DNA from: Escherichia phage ESCO13
Sequence record: NC_047770.1
Length of the DNA stretch: 64,000 bases
Direction: 5' to 3' (one strand)
In this document: positions 9,244 to 18,215 of the stretch, piece after piece
Layout: the number at the start of each line of letters is the position of its first letter
Position numbering within the stretch: position 1 is the stretch's first letter
The notes under the pieces: model-generated
Seen by the model: the letters and a program-made list of their open reading frames with translations, nothing else
What the model was told of the DNA's origin: nothing
Databases searched by the model: none
Made by a program: the position numbers and the translations under genes

Positions 9244-11232
9244 TTGTTAGAAATTAACGCCTCCAGAATTAGTAACGTGGTTACGTTTAAGGTGGACAAG
9301 AACAGTCTCAAGGAAGCAAAAGATGCCGTGTTGAGTGTTCAGAAGTTTGCAAATAAAATGCAACCCACTATGAACATGACCAAGTTTAGACAACAAATGA
9401 AAGAGATTGAGCGTGAACTTAAGAAAGCTCAAACTCAAAGTCAAAAACCTATGCGAGCACCTACTCCCGCCGGAGCGGGTGCTCCTGTAGGAGGATCTGG
9501 TAGACCTAGAACTCCTAAAACCCCGCAAGGAAGAGAAGAAGAAAAAGCTCGTAAAGCTGCTGAACGCGAAGCTAAAGCAGCAGCACGTAGGGAAGATTTA
9601 GGTAATCTTCGTTTGCAGAACTTTAACTACAGAGCAAGAGCATTTAGTAAAGCCAGTCCTGGCGCTATGCAAGAAGCTAGGGACGTTATGGGTAAAGCTG
9701 TAGAGCAATACAAAAAGGGTGAAATAACTCTTCAACGTATGAACCAAGCTCTTGCTCACCAGTTGGATGCTTTACGCAGATCTCATCGTGAAAAGAATGC
9801 TGAAATAGAAGACGAGGTTCGCGGTCGTCGCCGTATTCGTAGAGAGCTAGAAGCAGAAGCTAAAATGCGTATACGTATGCGAAATCGTGAACTTAGAGAT
9901 ATAGAACGCAACCGTAAGCGTGAATTAGCTCAACAAAAACGTGATCGTGATCGTAGATACGGACAATTAAAAGAAGGTGCAGCAGGTCTTAATCCACGCA
10001 TGATTGCATCCTCTTTGATAGGTGCTGGGCTGTTTGCAGGTGGTTCTGTAGTTGGTAACACGTTGATGAATACTAACGAAAGAATTAAACTTGTAAGTCG
10101 TGGTGCTGAAAACGTTCAGACAAACGCCAACGCTATTTTGGCAATGACAGCTTGGGGTGAACAGAACGGTGTAGACTCTGCAAATATTATTAAATCAATA
10201 GATAATATTAAAGACGTTCGTGAACGTCTTGGTAATACTGTTTTAGCTGCAAAGTGGAATGAGAAAGAAGGGAAGTGGAAAGGCGGTGATAATGGCATAA
10301 CTGACATTATGAACTTGTTCGGATGGAATCCAGAACAGCTTAAACCTTTACAGAACGATCCTTTAGCTTTTATTCAGGCTACTGTTAATGAAGGTGAGCG
10401 TCGAGGTATGAACTCTGCTCAAATCGGGCGACTTCTTGAAAACCTTGGTGATGACCTTATGCACTACCAACGTATGTTTAGTAAAAACGGCGAAGGGTAT
10501 AATGAAGTATTGAAAATGCTTCAAAGAACAGGTGCAACATTAACTCAAGAACAAATAGATGCTTCTAAAGAGTTTACTCGTTTTGCTGCAACAGTTCAGC
10601 TTGTAGGTCAAGGTATGCAGAACCACTTCTTAGAGGGTTTTGTGAAAGCCTTACCTAAAGATGATTCTTGGTTGGATAACGTTAAAGTGCTAGATCAGTT
10701 TGCCAAAGATTTAGGTGAAGAACTCGGTAAGACAACAGTTCAATTAGGAGGTTTTGCTAAAGAATTAGGAGATGGCTTCGGATCTTTTACCAATTGGCTT
10801 AAAGAAACATTCCCAGATACATTCGGAGACAACACAGATCCTAATAAATCTATGGCACAAAAAGCATACGAGGCAACGCAAAGTGGAGACAGCAATCCTG
10901 TAGCAGATTGGTTGTACAATTTAACAGGTATTGATACACAAGACATTGGTCGTATGTGGAGAGGAGAACAAACAAGGACACGTGCTTTTGGATTTGGTAA
11001 TCCTCTTGAAGATTTACGTGAATCAGCCTATACACCTAACGTAAGTTTGGCTCGTAATCAACCTGTTGTTGAGAATACGGTAGCAATACCAAGTGATCTT
11101 ATCAAAGTTACGATCAGCCCTTCTTCAGAGTTTGGAAATATTCTTGATGCAAGAATTCAAAATAGCGGAAATAGCATTTTCCAACGTTTGTCTCTTTCAA
11201 CTCTAAGTGGACAATCTAACACTGGTGGTTAA
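9244..11232 (+). CDS. Tail tape measure protein (TTG start)
   Basis: 662 aa; largest ORF after the chaperone pair; Arg/Lys/Glu-rich helical N-terminal region. Confidence 0.65.
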   Translation: MLEINASRISNVVTFKVDKNSLKEAKDAVLSVQKFANKMQPTMNMTKFRQQMKEIERELKKAQTQSQKPMRAPTPAGAGAPVGGSGRPRTPKTPQGREEEKARKAAEREAKAAARREDLGNLRLQNFNYRARAFSKASPGAMQEARDVMGKAVEQYKKGEITLQRMNQALAHQLDALRRSHREKNAEIEDEVRGRRRIRRELEAEAKMRIRMRNRELRDIERNRKRELAQQKRDRDRRYGQLKEGAAGLNPRMIASSLIGAGLFAGGSVVGNTLMNTNERIKLVSRGAENVQTNANAILAMTAWGEQNGVDSANIIKSIDNIKDVRERLGNTVLAAKWNEKEGKWKGGDNGITDIMNLFGWNPEQLKPLQNDPLAFIQATVNEGERRGMNSAQIGRLLENLGDDLMHYQRMFSKNGEGYNEVLKMLQRTGATLTQEQIDASKEFTRFAATVQLVGQGMQNHFLEGFVKALPKDDSWLDNVKVLDQFAKDLGEELGKTTVQLGGFAKELGDGFGSFTNWLKETFPDTFGDNTDPNKSMAQKAYEATQSGDSNPVADWLYNLTGIDTQDIGRMWRGEQTRTRAFGFGNPLEDLRESAYTPNVSLARNQPVVENTVAIPSDLIKVTISPSSEFGNILDARIQNSGNSIFQRLSLSTLSGQSNTGG

Positions 11233-11239
11233 TAAAATA

Positions 11240-11261
11240 CCTCGCTTCGGCGGGGTTTTTT
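11240..11261 (+). terminator. Rho-independent terminator after the tape measure gene
   Basis: CCTCGC-TTCG-GCGGGG (one G-U pair) followed by TTTTTT. Confidence 0.6.
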
Positions 11262-11269
11262 CGTTTCCC

Positions 11270-11299
11270 TTGACACGAAGTTTCTATATGTGTTACAAT
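11270..11299 (+). promoter_or_regulatory. Sigma70-like promoter candidate (TTGACA-N18-TACAAT)
   Basis: Consensus -35 and near-consensus -10 directly after the terminator, upstream of the baseplate gene block. Confidence 0.45.
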
Positions 11300-11309
11300 A
11301 ATCAATATG

Positions 11310-11332
11310 GGAAGATCTTGCATCTTCCTTTT
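11310..11332 (+). promoter_or_regulatory. Leader hairpin plus U tract between promoter and 11359 gene (attenuator-like)
   Basis: GGAAGAT-CTTGC-ATCTTCC followed by TTTT, located between the predicted transcription start and the RBS. Confidence 0.3.
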
Positions 11333-11358
11333 GGCATTATCATTACTACGAGGTTATC

Positions 11359-12060
11359 ATGGCAGCAATGACTCCACAACAGTCGGTGAGAGCCGTCTAT
11401 AAGGCAGAACAGGAAATCAACTCTACCGAGAATAAAAATACCTCGGCATCTACTGTAAAGGGTGATAATGGTTTCTGCATTTTAGCAAGTGTTTATAATA
11501 GTTCAAGTGATCAATACATTCAAAACTTTAAAGCAATTACTTTCGATTCGGTCCCTGAAGTAGGTGTAACTCGTGAGGCAGATGTTACAAGTTTTCCAGT
11601 AGAATCAGGATCGGATGTAAGTGACCACGTTCAAATAAAAAACAACAGATTTAAACTTTCAGGTATAATTACCGAAACACCAATTCGGCTTATGCGAGAT
11701 CAATTATACAGTGCAGGTGTAAATGGGGCAAGGATTTCTCAAGCAATAGAATATCTAGATCAAATATTTGAGTCAAGACAACCAATAGTTCTTTTGACAG
11801 AACACAGGACTTTTGAAAATGTTATTCTGAAAGGGTACTCTTATGATTATAAATCTGAATTTGCTATGCAATTTGATTTAGAGTTCGAACAAATTCGTCT
11901 AGTCTCTAAGGCCACTACTAATGCTATTGCTGTAAAAACAGCACCAAATAAGTCAACTGGTGGTGATGTGAAAGGTCAAGTCGCTTCTAATGGTCCTAAG
12001 TCAGATATTACAGTAAGAACTGCTGAAGCTACTAATACCCCAACAAACAACGGAGGTTAA
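11359..12060 (+). CDS. Hypothetical tail/baseplate protein (first gene after tape measure)
   Basis: 233 aa; position comparable to XkdP/gpU-like proteins of contractile tails; no motif confirmed. Confidence 0.35.
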   Translation: MAAMTPQQSVRAVYKAEQEINSTENKNTSASTVKGDNGFCILASVYNSSSDQYIQNFKAITFDSVPEVGVTREADVTSFPVESGSDVSDHVQIKNNRFKLSGIITETPIRLMRDQLYSAGVNGARISQAIEYLDQIFESRQPIVLLTEHRTFENVILKGYSYDYKSEFAMQFDLEFEQIRLVSKATTNAIAVKTAPNKSTGGDVKGQVASNGPKSDITVRTAEATNTPTNNGG

Positions 12061-12062
12061 TA

Positions 12063-12476
12063 GTGACAACTTATTCTAAAACAACAAGGTCTACAAGTAA
12101 TACTGGCTACAGTGCAGTTTATCTGGAGGACCATTCTACTTATTTTGCATGGTATCTGAAAACTGAAGAGTACCCTGATCAAACATATACAGTTACATTG
12201 GATGGAGTTGATTATGACATTCGTTTAAGGTGGAACACTAGGGACGAGTCTTGGCAATGTCAGATAGGATTATCTGGAGATGATCCAAGTATAAGTTTCA
12301 AAGTTACAAATGGTTTAGATCTTCTTAAACCTTATAAATATCTTGAAAGTGTGCCAGATGGTCAATTGTATATAGTAGATACAGTTAAGATTAATGGTCG
12401 TCCTGGGTATACAACTACAGGTCGAGATAAACGTTTTGTATTGGTTTATATTGATAACAAACCTAATCAGGCGTAA
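12063..12476 (+). CDS. Hypothetical tail protein (GTG start)
   Basis: 137 aa; RBS GGAGG 7 nt upstream. Confidence 0.4.
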   Translation: MTTYSKTTRSTSNTGYSAVYLEDHSTYFAWYLKTEEYPDQTYTVTLDGVDYDIRLRWNTRDESWQCQIGLSGDDPSISFKVTNGLDLLKPYKYLESVPDGQLYIVDTVKINGRPGYTTTGRDKRFVLVYIDNKPNQA

Positions 12477-12485
12477 GGAGATAAT

Positions 12486-13496
12486 ATGGCAGAAAGAGAG
12501 TATACAAAAGCTCCTGCCCCTAATTTAAACAGGGCATACAAATTATTAATTGGTTCTGCCACAAACACAATACAGAAGAGAACTAAGAACTCGGCATTTA
12601 AATCTACAGTAGATTTGGATACCAAGTTAGGGACAACAGAAAAATCCTCTTCTAATTTGTATTTGTTGCAAGACCATCAAATAACCTTCAGTATTAAGAA
12701 AGATAATAACAAAGATCCTAACCAAGCAGAGATTGTAGTTTATAACCTTTCGGATGATACTGTTAACTATATAAACCGTGGTATCCGAAATAACTTGGCT
12801 GTTGCTTTAGCGGTAGGATACGAAGGTGAAGAGTTGGTTATGGTCTTCAAAGGAACTATCCAGTGGGTTAGTGATACTTTTGACTCGGTAGACAGGAAAA
12901 CCACTTTACACTGTTTGGATGGCGGTATTAACATTGCAGAAGCAAGAACAAGCCGCAGTTATCCAAAAGGAACTAAAATCAAACGTGTTGTGACAGATTT
13001 GGTAAAGGATTTAGGAACTACAGAAGGTAATATACACGTAGATAATGATCAAACCTTATCTTCAGCAACAGCTATGTGTGGAAACACTTCACATTACCTA
13101 GAACATATTTGTAAAAGTATTGATCACAATGTGTCGATACAAGATGGATCTGTTTATGTCACTCCTCGTTCACAAATGTCTAGTGCACGTAGCGCCTACA
13201 TTAGCCCTGAAACTGGTCTGATAGGAAGTCCAGAACCATTCCACAACGATATAAAACCTACTAAAAAAGTTACCAAGTCCTCTAAGAAGGCAAAGAAACC
13301 TACAGATGGTGTTAAATTCAAATGCCAAATGAATGGTGCAATACTACCAGAAAAAACAATCTGGTTAAAAAGCCGAGATTATGATGGTCCATTTAAAGTT
13401 GTTTCTGTTTCTCACAATGGTGATAAAGAGGGTAAAGAGTGGGTTACTGAAGTGGAGTGTGTATCCGTGTCTGAAATAATGACTAAGGAGAAATAA
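12486..13496 (+). CDS. Putative baseplate hub protein (gpD/XkdQ-like position)
   Basis: 336 aa; position and size only. Confidence 0.3.
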   Translation: MAEREYTKAPAPNLNRAYKLLIGSATNTIQKRTKNSAFKSTVDLDTKLGTTEKSSSNLYLLQDHQITFSIKKDNNKDPNQAEIVVYNLSDDTVNYINRGIRNNLAVALAVGYEGEELVMVFKGTIQWVSDTFDSVDRKTTLHCLDGGINIAEARTSRSYPKGTKIKRVVTDLVKDLGTTEGNIHVDNDQTLSSATAMCGNTSHYLEHICKSIDHNVSIQDGSVYVTPRSQMSSARSAYISPETGLIGSPEPFHNDIKPTKKVTKSSKKAKKPTDGVKFKCQMNGAILPEKTIWLKSRDYDGPFKVVSVSHNGDKEGKEWVTEVECVSVSEIMTKEK

Positions 13497-14230
13497 TGGA
13501 TGCATTGAATTTTGTCACAGCAATGCGCGGATTAATGACAGAACAATTAGCAGAAGTCCATACAGCCCTGCCAGTCCGTGTGACTGGCGTTAATTATGGT
13601 GCTAAAACTGTCACTTTAGAATCTATTGTTAAAAACACACGATCTAGTGAAGATGAAATAGATTATCCTACTTTTGAAGATGTTCCTTTTATGGTTAATG
13701 GGGGTGGGACAGGAAGAATCTCATTCCCTATTAAAGCTGGCGATTTAGGAACTGTTATATTTTCTGAAAGAGATCCTTCTAATGCACTGCAAACTAGTGG
13801 AGAAACCTCTTCATCATCCACTTTTATGCAGCCTTGTGGATTATACCCTATTTGTTTTATTCCCAAAATAGCTACAGGAACAGATTCAACAGAAGCCGTA
13901 GATTCTGAAAAGGTAGTTATTTCTAATAACAAAAACACGTACGCTTCTTTCGACCCTACAGGTAATATTTCAATATGGAATAGTCAAGGGATGAAAATAG
14001 ATATTACTACCTCCGGTATTACTATTACAGATGGCACAGGGACTTTGGATCTAAAAGGTGGTAATTTAACTTTCAAAGGCGGCGTGGCAGATATCAATGG
14101 TCTTAAAATAGATCAGAACGGTTTGATGACAGATGGTAATGGCATCGGATTCCATACTCACACGCACACGGTTCGTAACATTCAGAGCGGTAACTCAAGT
14201 GCCGAGTCCTTAAAACCAACAGGAGCCTAA
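13496..14230 (+). CDS. Baseplate spike protein, gpV/gp5-like
   Basis: 244 aa; N-terminal OB-like region (LPVRVTGV...GRISFPIKAGDLGTVIFSERD); Gly/Thr-rich beta region; C-terminal GFHTHTHTV His cluster consistent with a metal-binding spike apex. Confidence 0.5.
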   Translation: MDALNFVTAMRGLMTEQLAEVHTALPVRVTGVNYGAKTVTLESIVKNTRSSEDEIDYPTFEDVPFMVNGGGTGRISFPIKAGDLGTVIFSERDPSNALQTSGETSSSSTFMQPCGLYPICFIPKIATGTDSTEAVDSEKVVISNNKNTYASFDPTGNISIWNSQGMKIDITTSGITITDGTGTLDLKGGNLTFKGGVADINGLKIDQNGLMTDGNGIGFHTHTHTVRNIQSGNSSAESLKPTGA

Positions 14231-14231
14231 C

Positions 14232-14858
14232 ATGGGAATCCCTTTTGACTTAAAACTTGGGCCAAACAACGACCTCATCATGGATGATGGGGATTTGGTC
14301 CTCACTACAACCAGAACAGAAATTGCAGCACAAACTCTTGGGATAACTCTGAACACGTATCGTGGGGAGTGGTTTTTAAATACTAACTTCGGTGTTCCTT
14401 ACTTACAAGAGATTATTGGTGTTGCTAGAAAGAAAGATATTGTAGACAGAATATTTTTAGCAGAGATTGCCAAAAACGTTTACATAGATACAATAAACAG
14501 TTATAAATCTGCTTATGACATGGATCAACGTTATTACTCAATGACAGTTATGGTCACAGTTGGAGCAGATACAGTAACATCTATATTCAATACTCAACCT
14601 TCTGAAGAGTTTATTTACCCTGAAGCTGGTGAAGACAATGCAGCGATCACTTGTGAAGCTTACAGTATTGTTGAGAATTCGAATAGACTTTATCGCTTTA
14701 TCAACTTTGTTGGTTTGCCACGTGATACCTACTCTACTTGGTGGAATGAATGGTCTACAGAGTCAGCAGTGGAAAGAATCATGGTTAACGAAAAAGGTGA
14801 TGCATTAGCTACAAACAATAATTTCGGTATAACAGCTATGACAGGAGTAGAAGAGTAA
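14232..14858 (+). CDS. Baseplate wedge protein, gp25/GPW/XkdS-like
   Basis: N-terminal DLVLTTTRTEIAAQTLGITLNTYRGEWFLNTNFGVPYLQ resembles the gp25/W-family core; follows the spike gene. Confidence 0.45.
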   Translation: MGIPFDLKLGPNNDLIMDDGDLVLTTTRTEIAAQTLGITLNTYRGEWFLNTNFGVPYLQEIIGVARKKDIVDRIFLAEIAKNVYIDTINSYKSAYDMDQRYYSMTVMVTVGADTVTSIFNTQPSEEFIYPEAGEDNAAITCEAYSIVENSNRLYRFINFVGLPRDTYSTWWNEWSTESAVERIMVNEKGDALATNNNFGITAMTGVEE

Positions 14859-15331
14859 TGGCAGATTTAACTACGATCAAAGTTTCTGATCTTACACAAA
14901 CAACCTCTGTGTCTGATACAGATTTCTTTGTAACAGATCAGGCTGGAATAACAAAGAAAACTTCTTTGAAAGTGCTGTTGAGTGGTGCAGGGGTAACTAG
15001 AAACCGTCTGAATGCACGGGGAACAGTAACTAGCACCCTGGCATTAGATATTAGTTCGGCAGAATATTTTTCAGCAACTTTATCTTCTGCAACGTGCACA
15101 ATTAGTTTTACTAATATTCCAGTAGCAACAAATGCAGTTTTAAACTTTACTTTAGCTTTGCGTCAAGGAAGTGGTGCAAATAAAGTCGTATGGCCTTCTT
15201 CTGTAAAATGGAGTTTTGGTCGTTCCCCAGTTTTGAGTTATCGTCAAGGTGCAACAGACACTTTTGAGTTTATCAGTTATGATAATGGAGCAACTTGGAC
15301 AGGTAGCTTAGTTTTAGCAGGAGTTATTTAA
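14858..15331 (+). CDS. Hypothetical baseplate protein
   Basis: 157 aa; start overlaps upstream stop. Confidence 0.4.
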   Translation: MADLTTIKVSDLTQTTSVSDTDFFVTDQAGITKKTSLKVLLSGAGVTRNRLNARGTVTSTLALDISSAEYFSATLSSATCTISFTNIPVATNAVLNFTLALRQGSGANKVVWPSSVKWSFGRSPVLSYRQGATDTFEFISYDNGATWTGSLVLAGVI

Positions 15332-18207
15332 TGTCAAGAGTTAAGCACAATATTGACAACACGTTTCAGTTGATTGAAGGGTTGGTTCAGTTTTTGGAAA
15401 GAAATACTGGGCTTACCATAGATCCTACGGTTCAGCATTACATTATCAACCCACAAAACGTATTGGCGAACAACAGACACTTTATTAACTGGACAGCGCA
15501 GGAAGGGCAACCAAACGGTGACGCTACTACCGAAGGTCAATCTGTGCTTATCACTGGTTTTGCTTATGCATATTTGGCTACAGGGGATAAAAAATATCTT
15601 GAATCTGCCGAGAAGTATTGGCAAGCCTATATAGATCACTTCTTCGGGGGCCAACCTATTCCTGATCCTCCGGCTAAGTATCGTCCCAACTGGATCATCA
15701 ATGGTAAAGAACCACGTTTAGCACATTACCCTCTCACAGATGATGGGTATCCTACGCACGGTGGGTTCAAAGGTAGCATGATGACTTGGATTAACGGAAG
15801 GACTGTTATTCCTAAAGGTGCACCGCATTGGGGAGAATACTTAGATAAAGCTTGGTTTGCTTTCAATGGTAATCTTGGTTGGAACTCCGTTAACGCAACA
15901 GTTTATGCAACTAACCCAGATGGTTCAACTAACTGGAAAGAATATGGAGATCAGTGGGACGTTGAATGGATTATAGATCGTCTAGGACGTAAAGTTGATT
16001 GGGATGGTAACATTTTATCTACAGGGCACAGCTTCGCAGAATATGGAACAGTGCAACTTAAAAATGCTTCTGTGAACGGTGATTATAAATTCAACTACGC
16101 TACATGCAACCCTGTAGAACACGGTGGATATCTGCTTAAGCGTAATGAGATGTGGCATAACCGTCCTGTAAACGTTCCGGTAGAGTTAGGCTATCAAGAT
16201 AATGCTTCCGATGCTGAAACGTGGTGGTGTGATGCAAACTACTTGATGTATCAGATCACAGGAGAGAGAAAATACTGGCTTTGCTGGCAATCTTCTTTAT
16301 TGTTGTGTCAAGACTACTCAAACATCGATATGTTTGATAAATTCTTCCGTAGATCTACGACAGCAATAATTCCTTTTACAGATGGTATCTCGTATGATTA
16401 CTCATACCCATCTACAGCAATACCTAAATATTCTCGTGACGAATTAGGATATACAGTAATTCGCCAAGATGTTTCAGCACAAACAACTCTAGAACAACAG
16501 GCAGTTTGGTTCAGAGTGGATCAGAATTCAAAACTGCGTATTGAGTTTCAAGGTGTAGATGATGCAGGGGAAGGTGTTCTTTTCCGTCCAGAGTTAGAAT
16601 TAAGCAAGACTAAGAGTGAAACAGACACAGTGACATATCGTTGTGGCTTACCTCTTGGTGCAGCTAATATGACTAAGATGGATATACCTTTATCTAGTTT
16701 TATGCGCACCGAACCTCCTGGAGGTGGTGTATATATTATTGCTGAACCTAGAATCATTGTTGACTGGGGAAGCAATACTGTGATACAATATAAATATGCA
16801 ACTGGTATTGCTGGGACAAATAGTGATCAGATAGTTTCTGCTAATATGGATTCAGATGGTGGTTTTACTATTGGATTTTGGTTAACACCAACTAAAACAG
16901 CCAATTTAAAATCTATTACCTATCGTTCATACGCAGATGATTTTAACATCACTATTACGGATTCCGCAGGTTGGAGATGGTGGGCCATGTTAGAAAAAAC
17001 AAATTCTGCATGGGTTACTAAAGCTTTAAGTCCTGCTGATTTCAAATTAAGCACTTGGCAACCTAATCACAATGACACAGAGACAAAACCTTCGTCAATA
17101 AACCTGACTGCTGTTGATCAGATCAACATTGCATTGGATTCTGAACCTGCAAATGGCTTGACAGGGGCAATCGACTTTTATTGCGTTAACGATATCCCAT
17201 CTTTGTATTCTTCAGCCGCTGGTGATGATTACACAATGTATTTCAGGGTTACAGTTTCATCTGAAAATCCTTATACAGCAAAACTTGGAGATTGTACAAT
17301 ACTGGACTACAAACTTGACAGTTTGAATTATACTCCAGGAATCATTCCATTTTCCAATATTAGTGATCCTAACACAGCATTATATGACGGTTGGCGTGGT
17401 ATTCCTTACCCAGGTTATCAATACCCATCCTTATATTGTTTTAAAGGGAGAGATATTGACTGGGTTCGTATGAACAACAGTATAGACTTTTTATATGATT
17501 CACAAATGTGGTTTTATAATAAGTTTGCCCCTGTGATGCCTGGGCCAATGGCACAAGCTTATGTTTGGGATCGTTGGGATGCTCATAAATACGGAAACAA
17601 GAATGAGTTCACAATGTATCATTGGAACGATAAAGCTTGGGATGGTTATGAAGCACGAGCATTCTTCTGTGCATGTCATACAGTATACGAACTGAAACAA
17701 CGAGGAGCAGAAGTTCCTGCAAAACTTTTAACAGTTTGTAAAAACTGGATCAACTATCTGAAATGGTTCCAAGATAACAACGAAGGAAGAACACCAACAA
17801 TATTTTATCCCAATGGAGAAGTGGCTGCGCCTGTAGATGACTTTACAAGTCACATGTCTGCGCTCTTTATGGCGGGATGTGCTATAATGGGGATGGCTGG
17901 ATATGATTCAGAAATTCCTAACATTAGAATAGTAGCAGACCGCTGTTTTGAACTTATTCAGGAAAACTATATTGTTCTTGGTCCTAATCACGTCATGAAT
18001 GGTTGTTGGAGTGCCGCTCCTAGACCAGACAGTGATAACGGAGTCTTCTTTGGCTTCCACGCTGGAGAGTTGTTACGTGGTTTTGGGTTGTATGCTTTAT
18101 ACAAAAAACTTAATCCCCAAAATGCATTACCTGTTTTGGATTCGAGCAATATTCCTGCACTTACTGTTTTGACAATGGCAAACATTAGTGTGGACGTTAC
18201 CGAGTAA
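15331..18207 (+). CDS. Large tail/baseplate protein with a possible carbohydrate-active N-terminal domain
   Basis: 958 aa; N-terminal segment (ITGFAYAYLATGDKKYLESAEKYWQAYIDHFF) is reminiscent of alpha/alpha-toroid glycosidase/lyase folds; speculative. Confidence 0.35.
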   Translation: MSRVKHNIDNTFQLIEGLVQFLERNTGLTIDPTVQHYIINPQNVLANNRHFINWTAQEGQPNGDATTEGQSVLITGFAYAYLATGDKKYLESAEKYWQAYIDHFFGGQPIPDPPAKYRPNWIINGKEPRLAHYPLTDDGYPTHGGFKGSMMTWINGRTVIPKGAPHWGEYLDKAWFAFNGNLGWNSVNATVYATNPDGSTNWKEYGDQWDVEWIIDRLGRKVDWDGNILSTGHSFAEYGTVQLKNASVNGDYKFNYATCNPVEHGGYLLKRNEMWHNRPVNVPVELGYQDNASDAETWWCDANYLMYQITGERKYWLCWQSSLLLCQDYSNIDMFDKFFRRSTTAIIPFTDGISYDYSYPSTAIPKYSRDELGYTVIRQDVSAQTTLEQQAVWFRVDQNSKLRIEFQGVDDAGEGVLFRPELELSKTKSETDTVTYRCGLPLGAANMTKMDIPLSSFMRTEPPGGGVYIIAEPRIIVDWGSNTVIQYKYATGIAGTNSDQIVSANMDSDGGFTIGFWLTPTKTANLKSITYRSYADDFNITITDSAGWRWWAMLEKTNSAWVTKALSPADFKLSTWQPNHNDTETKPSSINLTAVDQINIALDSEPANGLTGAIDFYCVNDIPSLYSSAAGDDYTMYFRVTVSSENPYTAKLGDCTILDYKLDSLNYTPGIIPFSNISDPNTALYDGWRGIPYPGYQYPSLYCFKGRDIDWVRMNNSIDFLYDSQMWFYNKFAPVMPGPMAQAYVWDRWDAHKYGNKNEFTMYHWNDKAWDGYEARAFFCACHTVYELKQRGAEVPAKLLTVCKNWINYLKWFQDNNEGRTPTIFYPNGEVAAPVDDFTSHMSALFMAGCAIMGMAGYDSEIPNIRIVADRCFELIQENYIVLGPNHVMNGCWSAAPRPDSDNGVFFGFHAGELLRGFGLYALYKKLNPQNALPVLDSSNIPALTVLTMANISVDVTE

Positions 18208-18215
18208 GGGGTAAA

